In this document: positions 33,939 through 46,137 of the stretch, one piece after another
How positions within the stretch are numbered: position 1 is the stretch's first letter
Layout of the letters: each line of letters opens with the position of its first letter
From: Marsupella aquatica
Taxonomy: Eukaryota; Plantae; Marchantiophyta
Direction: 5' to 3'
DNA: 64,000 bases
NCBI GenBank assembly: GCA_973895155.1
Contig: OZ316891.1
Coordinates: forward strand, 32,375,208-32,439,207
Made by a program: the position numbers and the translations under genes
The notes under the pieces: model-generated
What the model saw: the letters and a program-made list of their open reading frames with translations, nothing else
Databases searched by the model: none
Told to the model about the DNA's origin: nothing

Positions 33939-36900
33939 ACAGGAATCACTCGACCGGTTAAGTGGGTAAAGCAGGAAGGCACCCTAGGAACACCTTAGTA
34001 TAGGGACAAAACCAGGAAAATATAAACAATTAGGGGCAACCATGGAACCCGGGCCGAGGCCGGAGGTAAGGCTGAGGGTGAAAACCCGATTAGGGTTAGG
34101 GCGCGTTAAGCGTCGGCGGCTAGGAAGGATCAACGGGAAGAAGGACCGGCAGAGGAGAGGGGTAAGGAGCGCTTGCATGAGATGGTGGCTCATTTGCGAG
34201 CACGAACTAGGCAGACGACTACGGGAGGCCAACTACTGTCAGCTGCTTAGGCAAGCACTCGGGGAGAGAGTAGATACCGACGATCGACCTAAGGAGGGTA
34301 TGAGCAACGTCAATCAAGCGGCACATTTCTGGGGATGCCTGTTCGAACGGGCAACTGAGTACATCAAGACTTACGAGGACGAGGAGTCAGAAAGGGCAGC
34401 TTGAGAACGGCAGGAGCTCGCTCGATTGTGGGAGCTGTAGAAGACGGCTTTCTTAGGAGGCAAACTCATCAAGGACGAGTTCCTGTGGACGCCTACTTCC
34501 AATCAACTCGACGATCTTCTGTTTTGCAAAGACAGCGTTGTCGGCATCCGAGAGGCCATCAAGAACTGCAACGACATACACTGGGAATTAAAGGGTAGCA
34601 CGGAAAGGTGGACCCGGGCAACGGTGCTAGGAGAAACCTCCACGGCAGCAGAGATGAAGAGGAAGGGGGCCGTCAACGATGAAGCCACCCCGGCAAAAAG
34701 AACGAGGTCGGCGGCACCAAAGAAGCCAGCCGAGCAGCAGAGCAAGGGGCAGGGAGAAGCCGAAGAGGAGGAGGTCGATCCCATCAAGGCCATTCCAACC
34801 AGGGATGACACCTGGAAGGGCAGGGCGGCAACCCTACCGGTGGAGGTGCAACTACATTTTGCACGGGAGGAGGATGCATGCTTTACGGCCATGCAGACCA
34901 AGAAGTACCAAGGCTTCATGGCCGGATCCGGCTTGGAGGCCTTTGTAAGATTACCATGGCTGAAGCCGGAGGTACCGGAGTCAGACCTATTAGAATTCGT
35001 GGGGTCATGGGAACCCGAGACCAATTGCACAAGGATATATGGGAAGGATTTCTATCTTACTCCCAAGGTAATTGCCGAAGTGTTTGGCTTGCCGATAGGC
35101 AATAAGACCAAAGTTGATACCAGGAAGACCTTGCCTGACAAGGAGTTCCGGTCGTTCCCCGGGCCATCAACGAAGAATGGCTTCTTCCGGAACACCTGCA
35201 CCAACCCGCACATAGGAGAGATGATCGACTTCTTGCGGGTGACCATGCATTGTAACTTGCCGAGGGCAGAGATCGGCAAAGCACAGGTCTATCTGGCAGA
35301 AAGGCCAGACCCAAGCCGGGACTACAACGGGTACCTCCTCAACCAATTGAAGAAGATCTTAAAGGAGGAGCAGCAGGTAATCGGCATGGGAAGCGTGTCG
35401 CGGCTTGGCTATCACATGCCGCTGTTGTGCCGGTATGCCAGAGGTCAGACTTTTGCCCCGGTACTTCCCCTGCAGGTAAGGGCACCCGAGGAAGCTCCAA
35501 CGCCGAGGCCGTTGGCTGAGAAGCCTCAACCACCTGTTAGTCCTACGATCGAGCAGGTGTTTAGGCCCAGGAAGGAAGACTTGCCGATGCAGCAACCAGG
35601 CATGCAGAGTCTGCTGAAACTACTGGAGAAAGAAAAGAAATCGGCATCGGCAACAACAACGGCAACGGCAACAATGCAGGACACTACTACAGAGGTAGGC
35701 CTACACCGGCTCACAAGAGAAAACCCCTTTGCTGGAGACAAGAAGAGAATCAGGCCGGAATCCAAGCCAGGTGTTCGAATGTACGTGGGAACCTCAAGCT
35801 CCGAATCTGAGGCAGAATTGCCTGAAGCTCCTACCGAGGAAGAGGAGAGGGAGAAGCCGGACGTCCAAGAGGTAGAGGAGGCAGTGGAGGACTGCAGCCA
35901 TGATAATTCCGACTATGGGTCGGACCATCACGTTCCAGGAGTAAGGACCTGTGGCCGGTTTGTCCCCACACTTCCAAGGGTAGTGCGAGGGGACCCCAAC
36001 CAGCAGAGTAGCCCTGAGTCTCCCCCACCAGATGTTGCTCCCCCGAGCTTCGACGGCATAAAACAGACGGTGCAGGAATTTCAGGAGCGAATCAAGCAGG
36101 AGGAAGAGGCCGCCCTGGCTAAGGAAAAGGATTTACCAGGAGGAGATTGGCCGGAGGACATCAGGCGGCTAGCCGAAAAAGGAAGCAAACCTCTAGCCAC
36201 GATTGAAGAGATCCGCAGGACGGCGTGGGAGCAGAGGCCACGATGGGCGATGCCGATCACTTCTACTTACTCCACCTACGCTAAGAATAGAGCCATGGAG
36301 TATGGTGAGATATGTGGGGAACTTGCGCTCGGCATCTTTGGAGAGGAGTTGGAGGTAGGACCCTTTTTTCATAGGGAGCAGTTGGAGAAGCACCAATTAG
36401 AAGAAGCGGTGGCTTTAGAGAGAAGCAAGAAGGACGAGGTCATTCGGCGGCTTAGGAGGATGGAAACCGAGATTGAAGATCTAAGGGCGGCCAAGAAAGC
36501 CCAAGATGAACTGCGGATTAAACGACATGAGCTGAACATCATGCAGGGGCAGTTGGACGCCGCGCAGGCTGATAATCAGAATATCAAGGATAAACTGACT
36601 CAGACGCAGGAAGAGTTGGCCGACACGATCAAAGAGAGGGAGAAGTGGAAGCAAGAGCTGAAGAATACAGAGGAGGCCCACATAACAGCCAACAGCCGGG
36701 CCATGGCGGAGACCCAAAGAAAGGAATGGGCGTTGAAAGGGGAGCTCGAGAAAATCCGCGGAGCCCTTGAGCAGAAGGAGGTCGAGTTAGGGAAATCCTA
36801 TCAAGGGATTATGGCGCTGCAGCAGGAGCTTGCGTCCCTGACGGCCAGCTTCAAGGCCGACCTAAGGGAGAAGGACGAGATGCTCGAACAGACTTACGCC

Positions 36901-38804
36901 AAGATGAACCAGATGGAGTCTGTCATCATTGCAGAGCTCGACAAGGAGCTAAGAGCAACCCAGGAGGAGAGGGCTACCTTGAAGAAGGAATTGGAGGAAG
37001 CCCACAGGGAGCAGGAGGAGGCCAAAAATGAGCTGGAGGGGGCACGTAAGGACCTGGATGAAACCCAAGAGGAGTTGGAGGAAATCACGAGGAAGATGGA
37101 GAACCTACAGCGGTGGGCCGACAACCAAACAGAGCGGCTGAAGAAACAAGCCGCAGTATTTAAATGCTTAGCTGCAGCAGGTCCATCTCCCGTTGGGACA
37201 AACCAGTTACCAGGGGTGGTAATTGCCGAAGGACAAGCCGCGTCAACTGCACCAGTGCCGGAAGTAAGTGGGAAGGGGAAGGGACCAGCTGCCGAGCCAC
37301 CAACGAAGAAGAAGCGGAAACCTTCAGGGTCAAGGAGTAATACGACTTCACAGGCCGTGGTGATCAAGGAGGTAGACCCAGCACCGACCCCAGACAGGGT
37401 CACGGCTAAGGATCCAACTACCCTAGGGGAAGGGGAGGCCGAAGCCGAGGGAGTGGCTGAAGCCGAAGCCGTGGGAGTGGCTGAGGCCGAAGCCGTGGGT
37501 ATTGCCGAGGCCGGTGTCGAGGCTGAAGCCGAAGGTGGACCCAGTCAGGCCGATGGAGAGTTGACTCGGTCAAGGGCAGGTAATCTGTCAATAGGCGGGC
37601 CAACGGCAGTGGCTGAGGAGGAAGTGTTGGGGGCGTCCATTGAGGATCCACCACCGGTGTCGTGACGGTGCAAGGGCGCCGTTCCTTTTAGGGAGTGGCT
37701 GAGGCCAAAGCCGTGGGTATTGCCGAGGCCGGTGTCGAGGCTGAAGCCGAAGGTGGACCCAGTCAGGCCGATGGAGAGTTGACTCGGTCAAGGGCAGGTA
37801 ATCTGTCAGTAGGCGGGCCAACGGCAGTGGCTGATGAGGAAGTGTTGGGGGCGTCCATTGAGGATCCACCACCGGTGTCGTGACGGTGCAAGGGCGCCGT
37901 TCCTTTTAGGGAGGGCGGACGTGGAGGGAGGAGGCGTGAGTGGGCAGGGCGGGCGCGGATCTCCACGTTTAGGATTAGGATCAGAACCAGGAGCGGCCCT
38001 GACACTTAGCTTAGTGGGATTGCGGTTCCACTGGTAGGAGCAACACTTGTGCTCCTGCCTTGCTGTACATAGGTAGATTCGGGCAAGTAGATTACTGTCA
38101 GGTAGATTAGGCTTACGATGCAAAGAATGGCGGATCCACTACCAGGATAAGTACCTGGGCAGCGGGGAGCTCAGGGCCTCTTCTTTAGCAAGTTTTTAGT
38201 TTGCACCAGCCGGGCTGGGATCAAGTAGTACGAGAAGCTCTCGGTTAGTCATACAGTGACCCTTGTGTATATTCATGTTTCCTCATGCCTAAGAGCTGAA
38301 TAGAGTTGGCCTCACGGCTTAGTTCGCAGAACTTGTGTATGAGATGTACTGTTTGTATGGCAAGTGCATGGTATGACTCAGTCAGAATGAGTCATTTTGC
38401 TATTTGTGTGTCGCATTAACTTGTGTGAAGAGTGCCCACATCAACAGAAGGAAGGAAAGTAAGCAGGGGAGTGATAGTTGGATGTGTCGAGCTGAGAGAG
38501 GTCTTAGCGGCTTAACCAAGCCTATTGGGGATCATTCCGGCGGCGGAATCCAAACATACCTAACAAGACGGAGGGGAAGATAGGGGAAGACAAGGGAAGG
38601 CCTATATTAGGCCGGCTACGTATCTCATGACCCGATGAAGGATCTGTCCAGTATATGTGTGTAAAATGTTAATAGTAGTAGTAGAAGGTTAGCAGCGTCC
38701 CATGCCGCTAAGCCGCGGAAATGGCCTCGCCAAGCACGAAACCTGCGGGAATCGGCTTGAGCTGGGGGGTTTCTTGGGTTTAGGGAGCCATGGGACGCAC
38801 CACA
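33927..38804 (+). repeat. 3' LTR (4878 bp)
   Basis: Direct repeat of the 5' LTR, with roughly 20-25 substitutions by eye. Confidence 0.95.
34042..37665 (+). pseudogene. LTR-encoded protein, 3' LTR copy with two nonsense mutations
   Basis: CGA>TGA at 34402 and CAG>TAG at 34438 relative to the 5' LTR copy. Confidence 0.9.
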
Positions 38805-38809
38805 AGGAG

Positions 38810-39280
38810 GCCACTACCCGCTGTGAAGAGTTATCCCGCACCGTCGAGCAGTGGGACGGACTAACCCAGGAGTTGAGCGAGGCATAAACAGATCTCAAGA
38901 AGCTAGACGACACCATGCTTCAGTTGCGCTCGGAATCCTCGGCTCGGGTTACCAGTCTGACCGACCTCAACAACCAATTCTTACAAGCGGCTCAACAGGT
39001 GGCTAGTCTTTTTGCCAAACGGGATAAATTGCTGGCGCAGGACCAGACCCATCACGACTCCATTAACCAGCTCAACCTGGAGGTAGCATGGCTCCAGACG
39101 GAGGCCGATGAAGCTACAAACAAGACAGAGGAGGCGGTGCGGGACAACAAGGCCTTACAAGACCGCATTACCCTACTCGTCCTCTAGCGGGGAAGACTTG
39201 GGCCCACCTCTGATCAAGGCGGCTTGAGGTCTCGCCCCGACAGGGAGACAAACCCTGGTCCAACCACAACATGCATGTAA
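38810..39280 (+). pseudogene. Family C LTR-encoded protein, coiled-coil C-terminus
   Basis: Heptad-rich frame (ORF 38915-39187) continuing from 24110 across the TSD; contains stops. Confidence 0.65.
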
Positions 39281-40147
39281 GGGGTGGTTAGCAAAGGGTG
39301 TGAGCAGGCACCGCGCGGCGCAGTGGAGTCAACGACATCTTTTTGATTAGGCTTAACGACAGAATAGCTGTCATTAGGCGTCGATTAGCGGCGCAGTAGG
39401 AAGGATTAAGATAGGATCAGTTAGGATTAGCCAACGTAGGTCCATCAACGGACTAGATTTTGGTCAGTAGATTAGCTGTTGCCACCCCGGTCAGCGCCCT
39501 TGCCGCCGACGGTCAATCGGTCAGAGGAGTGCGGTTGGTTAGTTAGAAGTTAGTTAGCCAGTAGGCATTACCCCGGGAGGTAGTATCTTCCGGTTCCTTT
39601 CCGCAAATGTAGTATTTAGGCTTCCCCTTCCGCTGTGGAAGGGGGAAAAGGCTTAGTTATTTCAGCGTAAGGAAAGGCGAGGCATGGGGAGTCCCGGCTT
39701 GAGCAAGGTTAGAGTGCACCAAGGAGTGAGAGCCAAAGTTGAGCTTGTTGGGCAAGTGCGGGGCAGGGCCTCGTAGAGACTGGGCATCGATTGCCGTTGG
39801 GCCCGCTGACCCCCTTAGAAGTCAAGTCAACTATGTAAACTGATTCTTCGCTGAGTAAATGTAGTCTTTTCCCTCTAATGTTTTCGCGAGTAACTAGTGT
39901 TGTGTGTATGCTTTGTCTGGGCAAAGGCGCCATTTTAAGGGACGTATCGGGTGTGGACTAATGGTAGGGATTGCCACCCATTGCATGTCACAAGGTATTG
40001 TCGCGTCGATGGCTTGAAAGCCCCAAGCCGGGAGTTAGTCCGAGTCACTAATTGTGGGAATATTCCAGCGGTGGAAAACAAATATACCTATGATTAGTAC
40101 GAGTTGCATAAGTGTTATACCAGTAAGTATATTGCCTTAGCCTGACA

Positions 40148-40643
40148 AACTAACCCAGGAGTTGAGCGAGGCACAAACGGATCTCAAGAAGCTGGATGAC
40201 ACCATGCTTCAGTTGCGCTCGGAATCCTCGGCTTGGGTTACCAGTCTGATCGACCTCAACAACCAATTCTTACAAGCGGCTCACCAGGTGGCTAGTCTTT
40301 CCTCCGAATGGGATAAATTGTTGGCGCAGGATCAGACCCATCGCGACTCCATTAACCAGCTCAACTTGGAGGTAGCACGGCTCCAGACAGAGGCCGATGA
40401 AGCTACAAATGAGACAAAGGAGGCGGTGCGGGACAACAAGGCCTTACAGGACCGCATTACCCTGCTTGTCCTCCAACGGGGACGACCTGGGCCCACCTCT
40501 GATCAAGGCGGCTCGAGGTCTCGCCCCGACAAGGGGACAAACCCTGGTCCATTCACAGCACGCACGTAAGGGGTGGTTAGCAAAGGGTGTGAGCAGGCAC
40601 CGCGCGGGGCAGTGGAGTCAGCGGCATCTTTTTTATTAGGCTT
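40148..40643 (+). repeat. Diverged second copy of 38860-39354 (family C segment)
   Basis: Direct alignment by eye from CTAACCCAGGAGTTGAGCG to ATTAGGCTT. Confidence 0.85.
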
Positions 40644-43600
40644 TTGCTCGTTTCACATCCTTGGCTATGGCTTTGGTATTCTCCAGGGTTTCTAATTCTC
40701 GCAATTGTTTCTTAACACTAGCCGTAATAGAGGGGTAGAACAACTTAGGGTGATCTCGATTGAAGTCACTATCCTGTGAAGGATTGGGCTCATTGGTGGG
40801 CTCATGGCTTACCTATGTTGCCGGCGCCTTTCCTTCCCCTTCTGTTGATGTTGACGAAGAGTCAATTCTTTCTTCCTTATCCTTCCCTTTATTTTTGGCC
40901 AGCCCATCCCACCTTTCCTTCCTTCTGGTAGATCGAGTAGAGACCCGGTAGCAATCATGATCCAAATCCTCCTCTGAGAAGGTTGATAGGGCCTCGGCCT
41001 CATCATCAGATGGTCCAAACTCTGCCTCGGCATCCGTTTGCCATCCAAGTTTGATGTGGTTGATTTGAGCTCCTCTGGGGGTAGTACCTGGTGGCAAGAC
41101 CTTGACTGGCAAGAGCTTATGATTTGCGGCCAGGCCTGCCAGCCACGTAGGACATTGTCCTAGCAGGTGGCCCCCCTGTCGGCATCCCATACATAGCTGA
41201 GCTGGTTGTCCATCACCTTGTTTGCGTGCATTCGGGCATTCTCTAGCAAAATGACCAGGTTGACCACAATTATAGCATGCCGCAAATCTTTGCACATTCG
41301 GCCTAGGAGGTCTGTTGGATAGGTCTTGTGCTCTAGTCTCACTGATGCCAAAAACACTATCAGCGGCATCCCCTAAAAAGTACTCTACTTCTCCCTGACA
41401 TGGTCTGACCTCAGCCACATGCCGAACATGACTAGTATTAAGTTTAGGACACCATCTTTATGGTGTCCGGTTTTATAACATAAGGCACACCATACAGAGC
41501 TATCCTCCTGTACTACCTTCTTCTTTGGTTTTACCTCTGCTATTATAGCCTTAAGCTGCTCGGTAAGGGCTATGATGTTATCTGGTGTTTTAGCCTCTAT
41601 CTTGACTTTCATCTTTCCCCTCCTTCTGCGCTTCCTTTTCCTAGTTTTTTCTTCTTCAGAACTAGAAGATGACTCACTCTTGCTACCTCCACTATCCGAG
41701 CTTGAGTTATCACTTCTTGACTTCTTAGAATGTTTCTTTTTCTTATCATTTTTCTTATGGGTTGATCCTTCCTCCGATGAGGAACTCTCAGACTTAAGCT
41801 GTTTCTTTCGGCTTGTGATATCTGCATTAATGTATAATTGAATATCTCTAATTGCCTCGACTAAAGTCTCTGGATTCTCCTTCCTAATTGCAAAACTCAT
41901 CTTCTGTGGCAAAGCATTCACTAACCATTGAAGTTGCATACCTTCAGATGCATTGGTCTTGGTACGTCTTACCAGCTTTTGGAAGCGTTGCAGGAACTTC
42001 CTGAAAGATTTGTTCTCCTTGAACCGAAGTCGTCCCAACTTGAGCACTGCTAACTCTGAAGTTCCAATGGGTCGAAACTCCTTGACAAATAGTGATCTGA
42101 AAGTATTCCAGATGGCTTGATCTTCCACGCCCAATGCTCTGTACCAAGGCCTAGCCTCACCCTTGAACAGGCCGGGAAGAATTTGCATCTTGATGGCCGA
42201 TTCTCCATTTGCTGCAGCGGTTCCTTCAAAGTCATCCAACCATTTGTCCGGATCCTCATCTCCTCTTCCATGAAAGGCCTTGTAATGAATACGCGACCGT
42301 TGGCTCAGTCTGGTCCCTGGCCTCTCGTCTGGCCGTGCCTCTGGTTCCCCCATGTCGGTCGGAGACTCACTTCTCCTTACCAACCCTTCTTTTGGTATGT
42401 CTTCTTTGATGCCACTTTCAATTACGGAGCTACTAGCTCTTTCTGCCCCTCTCAGTCGCTGTGTATCATGCCACCCGGCGAGCTGCTGCAGACGAGCTCT
42501 CTCCCGTTGAATCGCTCTTTCCTCTCTCGGCGTAGGTTCAGTCATTACCCACGCTTCCTTCCTAACTTCATATCTCACGGCTTAAGAAATGCCCCCTCCA
42601 TCTAGCGCCAAAAATGTGGTGTGTCCCATGGCTCCCCAAACCCAAGAAAACCCCCTTGCTCAAGCCGATTCCCGCAGGTTTTGTCCTCGGCGAGGCCATT
42701 TCCGCGGCTTAGCGGCATGGGACGCTGCGAACTCTCCTTCTACTACTATTAACATTTTACACACATATACTGGACAGATCCTTCATTGGGTCATGAGATA
42801 CTTAGCCGGCCTATTCTAGGCCTACCCTTGTATTCCTCTCCTGGTCTTCCATTAGGTATGTTTGGATTCCGCCGCCGGAATGATTTCCAATTGGTTTGGT
42901 TAAGCCGCTAAGACCTCTCTTAGCTCGACACATCCAACTCTCACTCCCTTGCTACTTCCCTTCATTGATGTGGGCACTCTTCACACAAGTTAATGCGATA
43001 CACAAATAGCAAAATGACTCCTTCTGACTGAGTTATACCATGCACTTGCCATACAAACAGTACATCTCATACAAAGCTCTGCGAACTAAGCCATGAGGCT
43101 AACTCTATTCAGTTCTTAGGCATGAGGAAACATGAATATACACAAGGGTCACTGTATAACTAACCGAGAGCTTCTCTTACTACTTGATCCCAGCCCTATT
43201 GGTGCAACTAAAAACTTGTTAAAGAAGAGGCCCTGGACTCCCCGCTGCCCAGGTATTTATCCTGGCAACGGATTTGTCCAGAACTTTGCTGCGTAAGCTT
43301 AATCTATCCTACCTATAATCTACCTAACTGTACAGCGAGGCAGGAGCACAAGTGTCGCTCCTACCAGTGGATCCGCCATCCCACTAATCTAAGTGTCAGG
43401 GCAGTCTCCTGGTCTTGATCCTAATCCTAAACTTGGAGATCTGAGCCCGCCCTGCCCACTCACGCCTCCTACCTCCATGTCCGCCCTTCCTTAAAGGAAC
43501 GACGCCCTTGCACCGTCACGACACCGGTGGCGGATCCTTAATAGACGCCGCCAACGCTTCCCCCGCAGCCACTGCCGTCGGTCCATCCTCTGACAGATTA

Positions 43601-44995
43601 CCTGCCCCAGACCGAGTCCACCTTTGGATTTGGCCTCAGCATCGGTCACGGCCTTCAATACGGCTTTGGCCCCCCCGTCATGTTCTAGTGGAGGATCCGG
43701 TACCTCGGCTTCATCGATAGCTGTCCCGGCCTTGGCCTTGCCATCCCCACCTTCTTCAACAGGTGGATCTATTGCCGTGACCATGCCGGAGGTTGGTGCC
43801 GGGTTGACCTCCTGGGTCACAACGGCTTGGTAAGCCGTATAACTCCCAGACCCATAAGGTTTTTGCTTCTTCTTCTTCCCTGTTTTGGTAGCTGGCCCCT
43901 TCCTCTTGCTACCTACCTCCGGCACCAGGGCGTGTGTCTCGGCTTGTCCTTCGGCCAGTACCCCTCTTGGTAACAGAGTTCCCACAATTGGAGTTGGACC
44001 AGATGAAGCTAAGCATTTAAATACTACGGCCTGTTTCTTTAGTCGCTCCATTTGGTTGTCGGCCCACCGCTGTAAGTTCTCCATTTTCCTGGTGGTTTCC
44101 TCCAACTCCTCCTGGGCTTCCTCTAGGTCCTTCTGTCCCTCCTGCAACTCCTTTCTGGCTTTCTCCAATTCCAATTTTAAGGTAGCCCTCTCCTCCTAGG
44201 TTGCTCTTAGCTCCTTGTCAAGCTCCGCTACAACCTCAGACTCCATCTTATTCATCTTGGCATAAGTCTGGTCGAGCTGGTTGTCCTTCTCATGCAAGTC
44301 GGCCTTGAAGCTGGCCGTCAGGGACGCAAGCTCCTGCTGCAGCGCAATAATCCCTTGATAGGATTTTCCTAACTCGGCCTCCTTCTGCTCAAGGGCTCCG
44401 CGGATATCCTTGAGCTCTCCTTTCAACGCCCTCTCCTTTCTCTGAGTCTCCGCCATGGCCCGGTTGTTGGCGGTTATGTGGGCCTCCTCTACGTCCCTCA
44501 GCTCCTGCTTCCACTTTTCTATGTCCTTGACCGCGCCGACCAACTCTCCTTGGGTCCGAGTCAGTTTATCTTTGATAATCTGATTGCCACACTGATCGGC
44601 ATCCAATTGTCCTTGCATGATGTTTAGCTCATGTCGCTTAATCCACAGCTCATCTTGGGCTTTCTTGGCTGCTTGCAAGTCTTCCACTTTGGCTTCCATC
44701 TCCCTAAGCCGCCGGATGACCTCGTCCTTCTTGCTTCTCTCCAAAGCCATCGCTTCTTCTAATCAGTGCTTCTCCAACATCTCCCTCTGGAAAAAAGGTC
44801 CCTGCTCCAACTCCTCCCCAAAGATGCTGAGCGCCAGGTCCCCACACATCTCCCCATACTCCATGGCTCTATCTTTAGCATAGGTGGAGTAAGTAGAAGT
44901 CATCGGCATCAACCACCTCGGCCTCTATTCCCAAGCCACCTTGCGGATTTCTTCTACGGTGGCAAGAGGGTTGCTTCTTTTTTTGGCAAGCCGCC
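40641..44995 (-). mobile_element. Truncated, diverged family A element (part of the 5' LTR 42615-44995, PBS 42593-42610, gag fragment)
   Basis: Reverse complement of ~26345-31040; gag ORFs 41385-42578 and 40813-41418; LTR-ORF fragments 44196-44750 and 43491-44174. Confidence 0.9.
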
Positions 44996-46137
44996 TGTGA
45001 TGCCTAGCCAGGAATCACTAGGCTAGTTAAGTGGGGAAACAGAGGTGTACCCTATAAACACATTAGTATAGTAACAAAAACAAGGAAAATATAAACAATT
45101 AAGGGTGACTATGGAACCCGGGCCGTGGCCGGAGGTAAGGACGCCGGGGGAGAGAACACGATTAGGGTTAGGGCGCGCTAAGCATCGGCGGCTAGGGGTA
45201 ACCAATGGGAGGAAAGACCAGAGGAGGAGAGGGGTAAGGACTGCTCGCGAGGAATGGTGGCTCATTGGCAAGCACAAACTGGGCAGACGACTACGGAAGG
45301 CCAACTACTTTCAGTTGCTTAGGCAAGCACTCGGTGTGGGAGCAGATACCAACGATTGAGTCAAGGAGGGTATGAGCAACGTCAATCAAGCGGCACATTT
45401 TTGGGGATGCCTGTTCAAACGGGCAACTGAGTACATTAAGACTTACGAGGACGAAGAATCGGAGAGAGCAGCTCAAGAACAGCAGGAGCTCGCTCGATTG
45501 TGGGAGCTACAAAAGTCTGCCTTCTTAGGAGGAGAACTCATCAAGACCAAGTTCTTGTGGACTCCTACTGCCAATCAGCTTGATGACCTTCTATTTTGCA
45601 AAGACAAAATCGTTGGCATTCGGGAAGCCATCAACCGCTGCAATGACGCGCACTAGGAGTTGAAGGGTAGCACAGAGGGGTGGACAAAGGCAACTGTGCT
45701 AGGAGAAACATCCACGATAGCCAAGATGAAGAGGAAAGGAAACAACAACGAAGAGACCACCCCGGCAAAAAGAACAAGGTCGGCAGCACCAAGGAAGCCA
45801 GCAGAGCAGCAGAACAAGATGCAAGGAGAAGCCGAAGAGGAGGAGGCCGATCCTATCAATGCCATTCCAACAAAGGATGACACCTGGAAAGGCTGGGCGG
45901 CAACCCTACCAGAGGAAGTGCAATTACATTTTGCACGGGAGGAGGATGCATGGTTTACGGCCATGCATCCCAAGAAGTACTAGGGCTTCATGGCTGGATC
46001 CGGCTTGGAAACCTTTGTAAGATTACCATGGCTGAAGCCGAAGGTGCTGGACTCAGACTTATTAGAATTTGTGGGATCATGGGAACCCAAGACCAATTCC
46101 ACAAGGGTGTATGGGAAGGATTTCTATCTCACTCCCC
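44996..46137 (+). mobile_element. Family A LTR 5' fragment (first ~1.1 kb), diverged
   Basis: Starts exactly at TGTGATGCCTAG; ORF pieces 45105-46130 match the N-terminus of the 1207-aa protein, with stops. Confidence 0.88.

Larger units (their letters stand above)
24111..38804 (+). mobile_element. Full-length Ty3/gypsy (non-chromovirus, Tat-like) element, family A, 14.7 kb, lacking RT
   Basis: Two 4878-bp LTRs; TSD AGGAG at 24106-24110 and 38805-38809; PBS, gag-PR, partial RNase H, integrase and PPT. Confidence 0.95.
21714..40147 (+). mobile_element. Family C large LTR, split by the family A insertion (21714-24110 plus 38805-~40147); 3' end truncated
   Basis: Starts TGTGAC; carries a decayed ORF homologous to the family A/B LTR ORFs; resumes after the AGGAG TSD; has the shared hairpin motif at 40063-40091. 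No matching TSD found. Confidence 0.65.
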
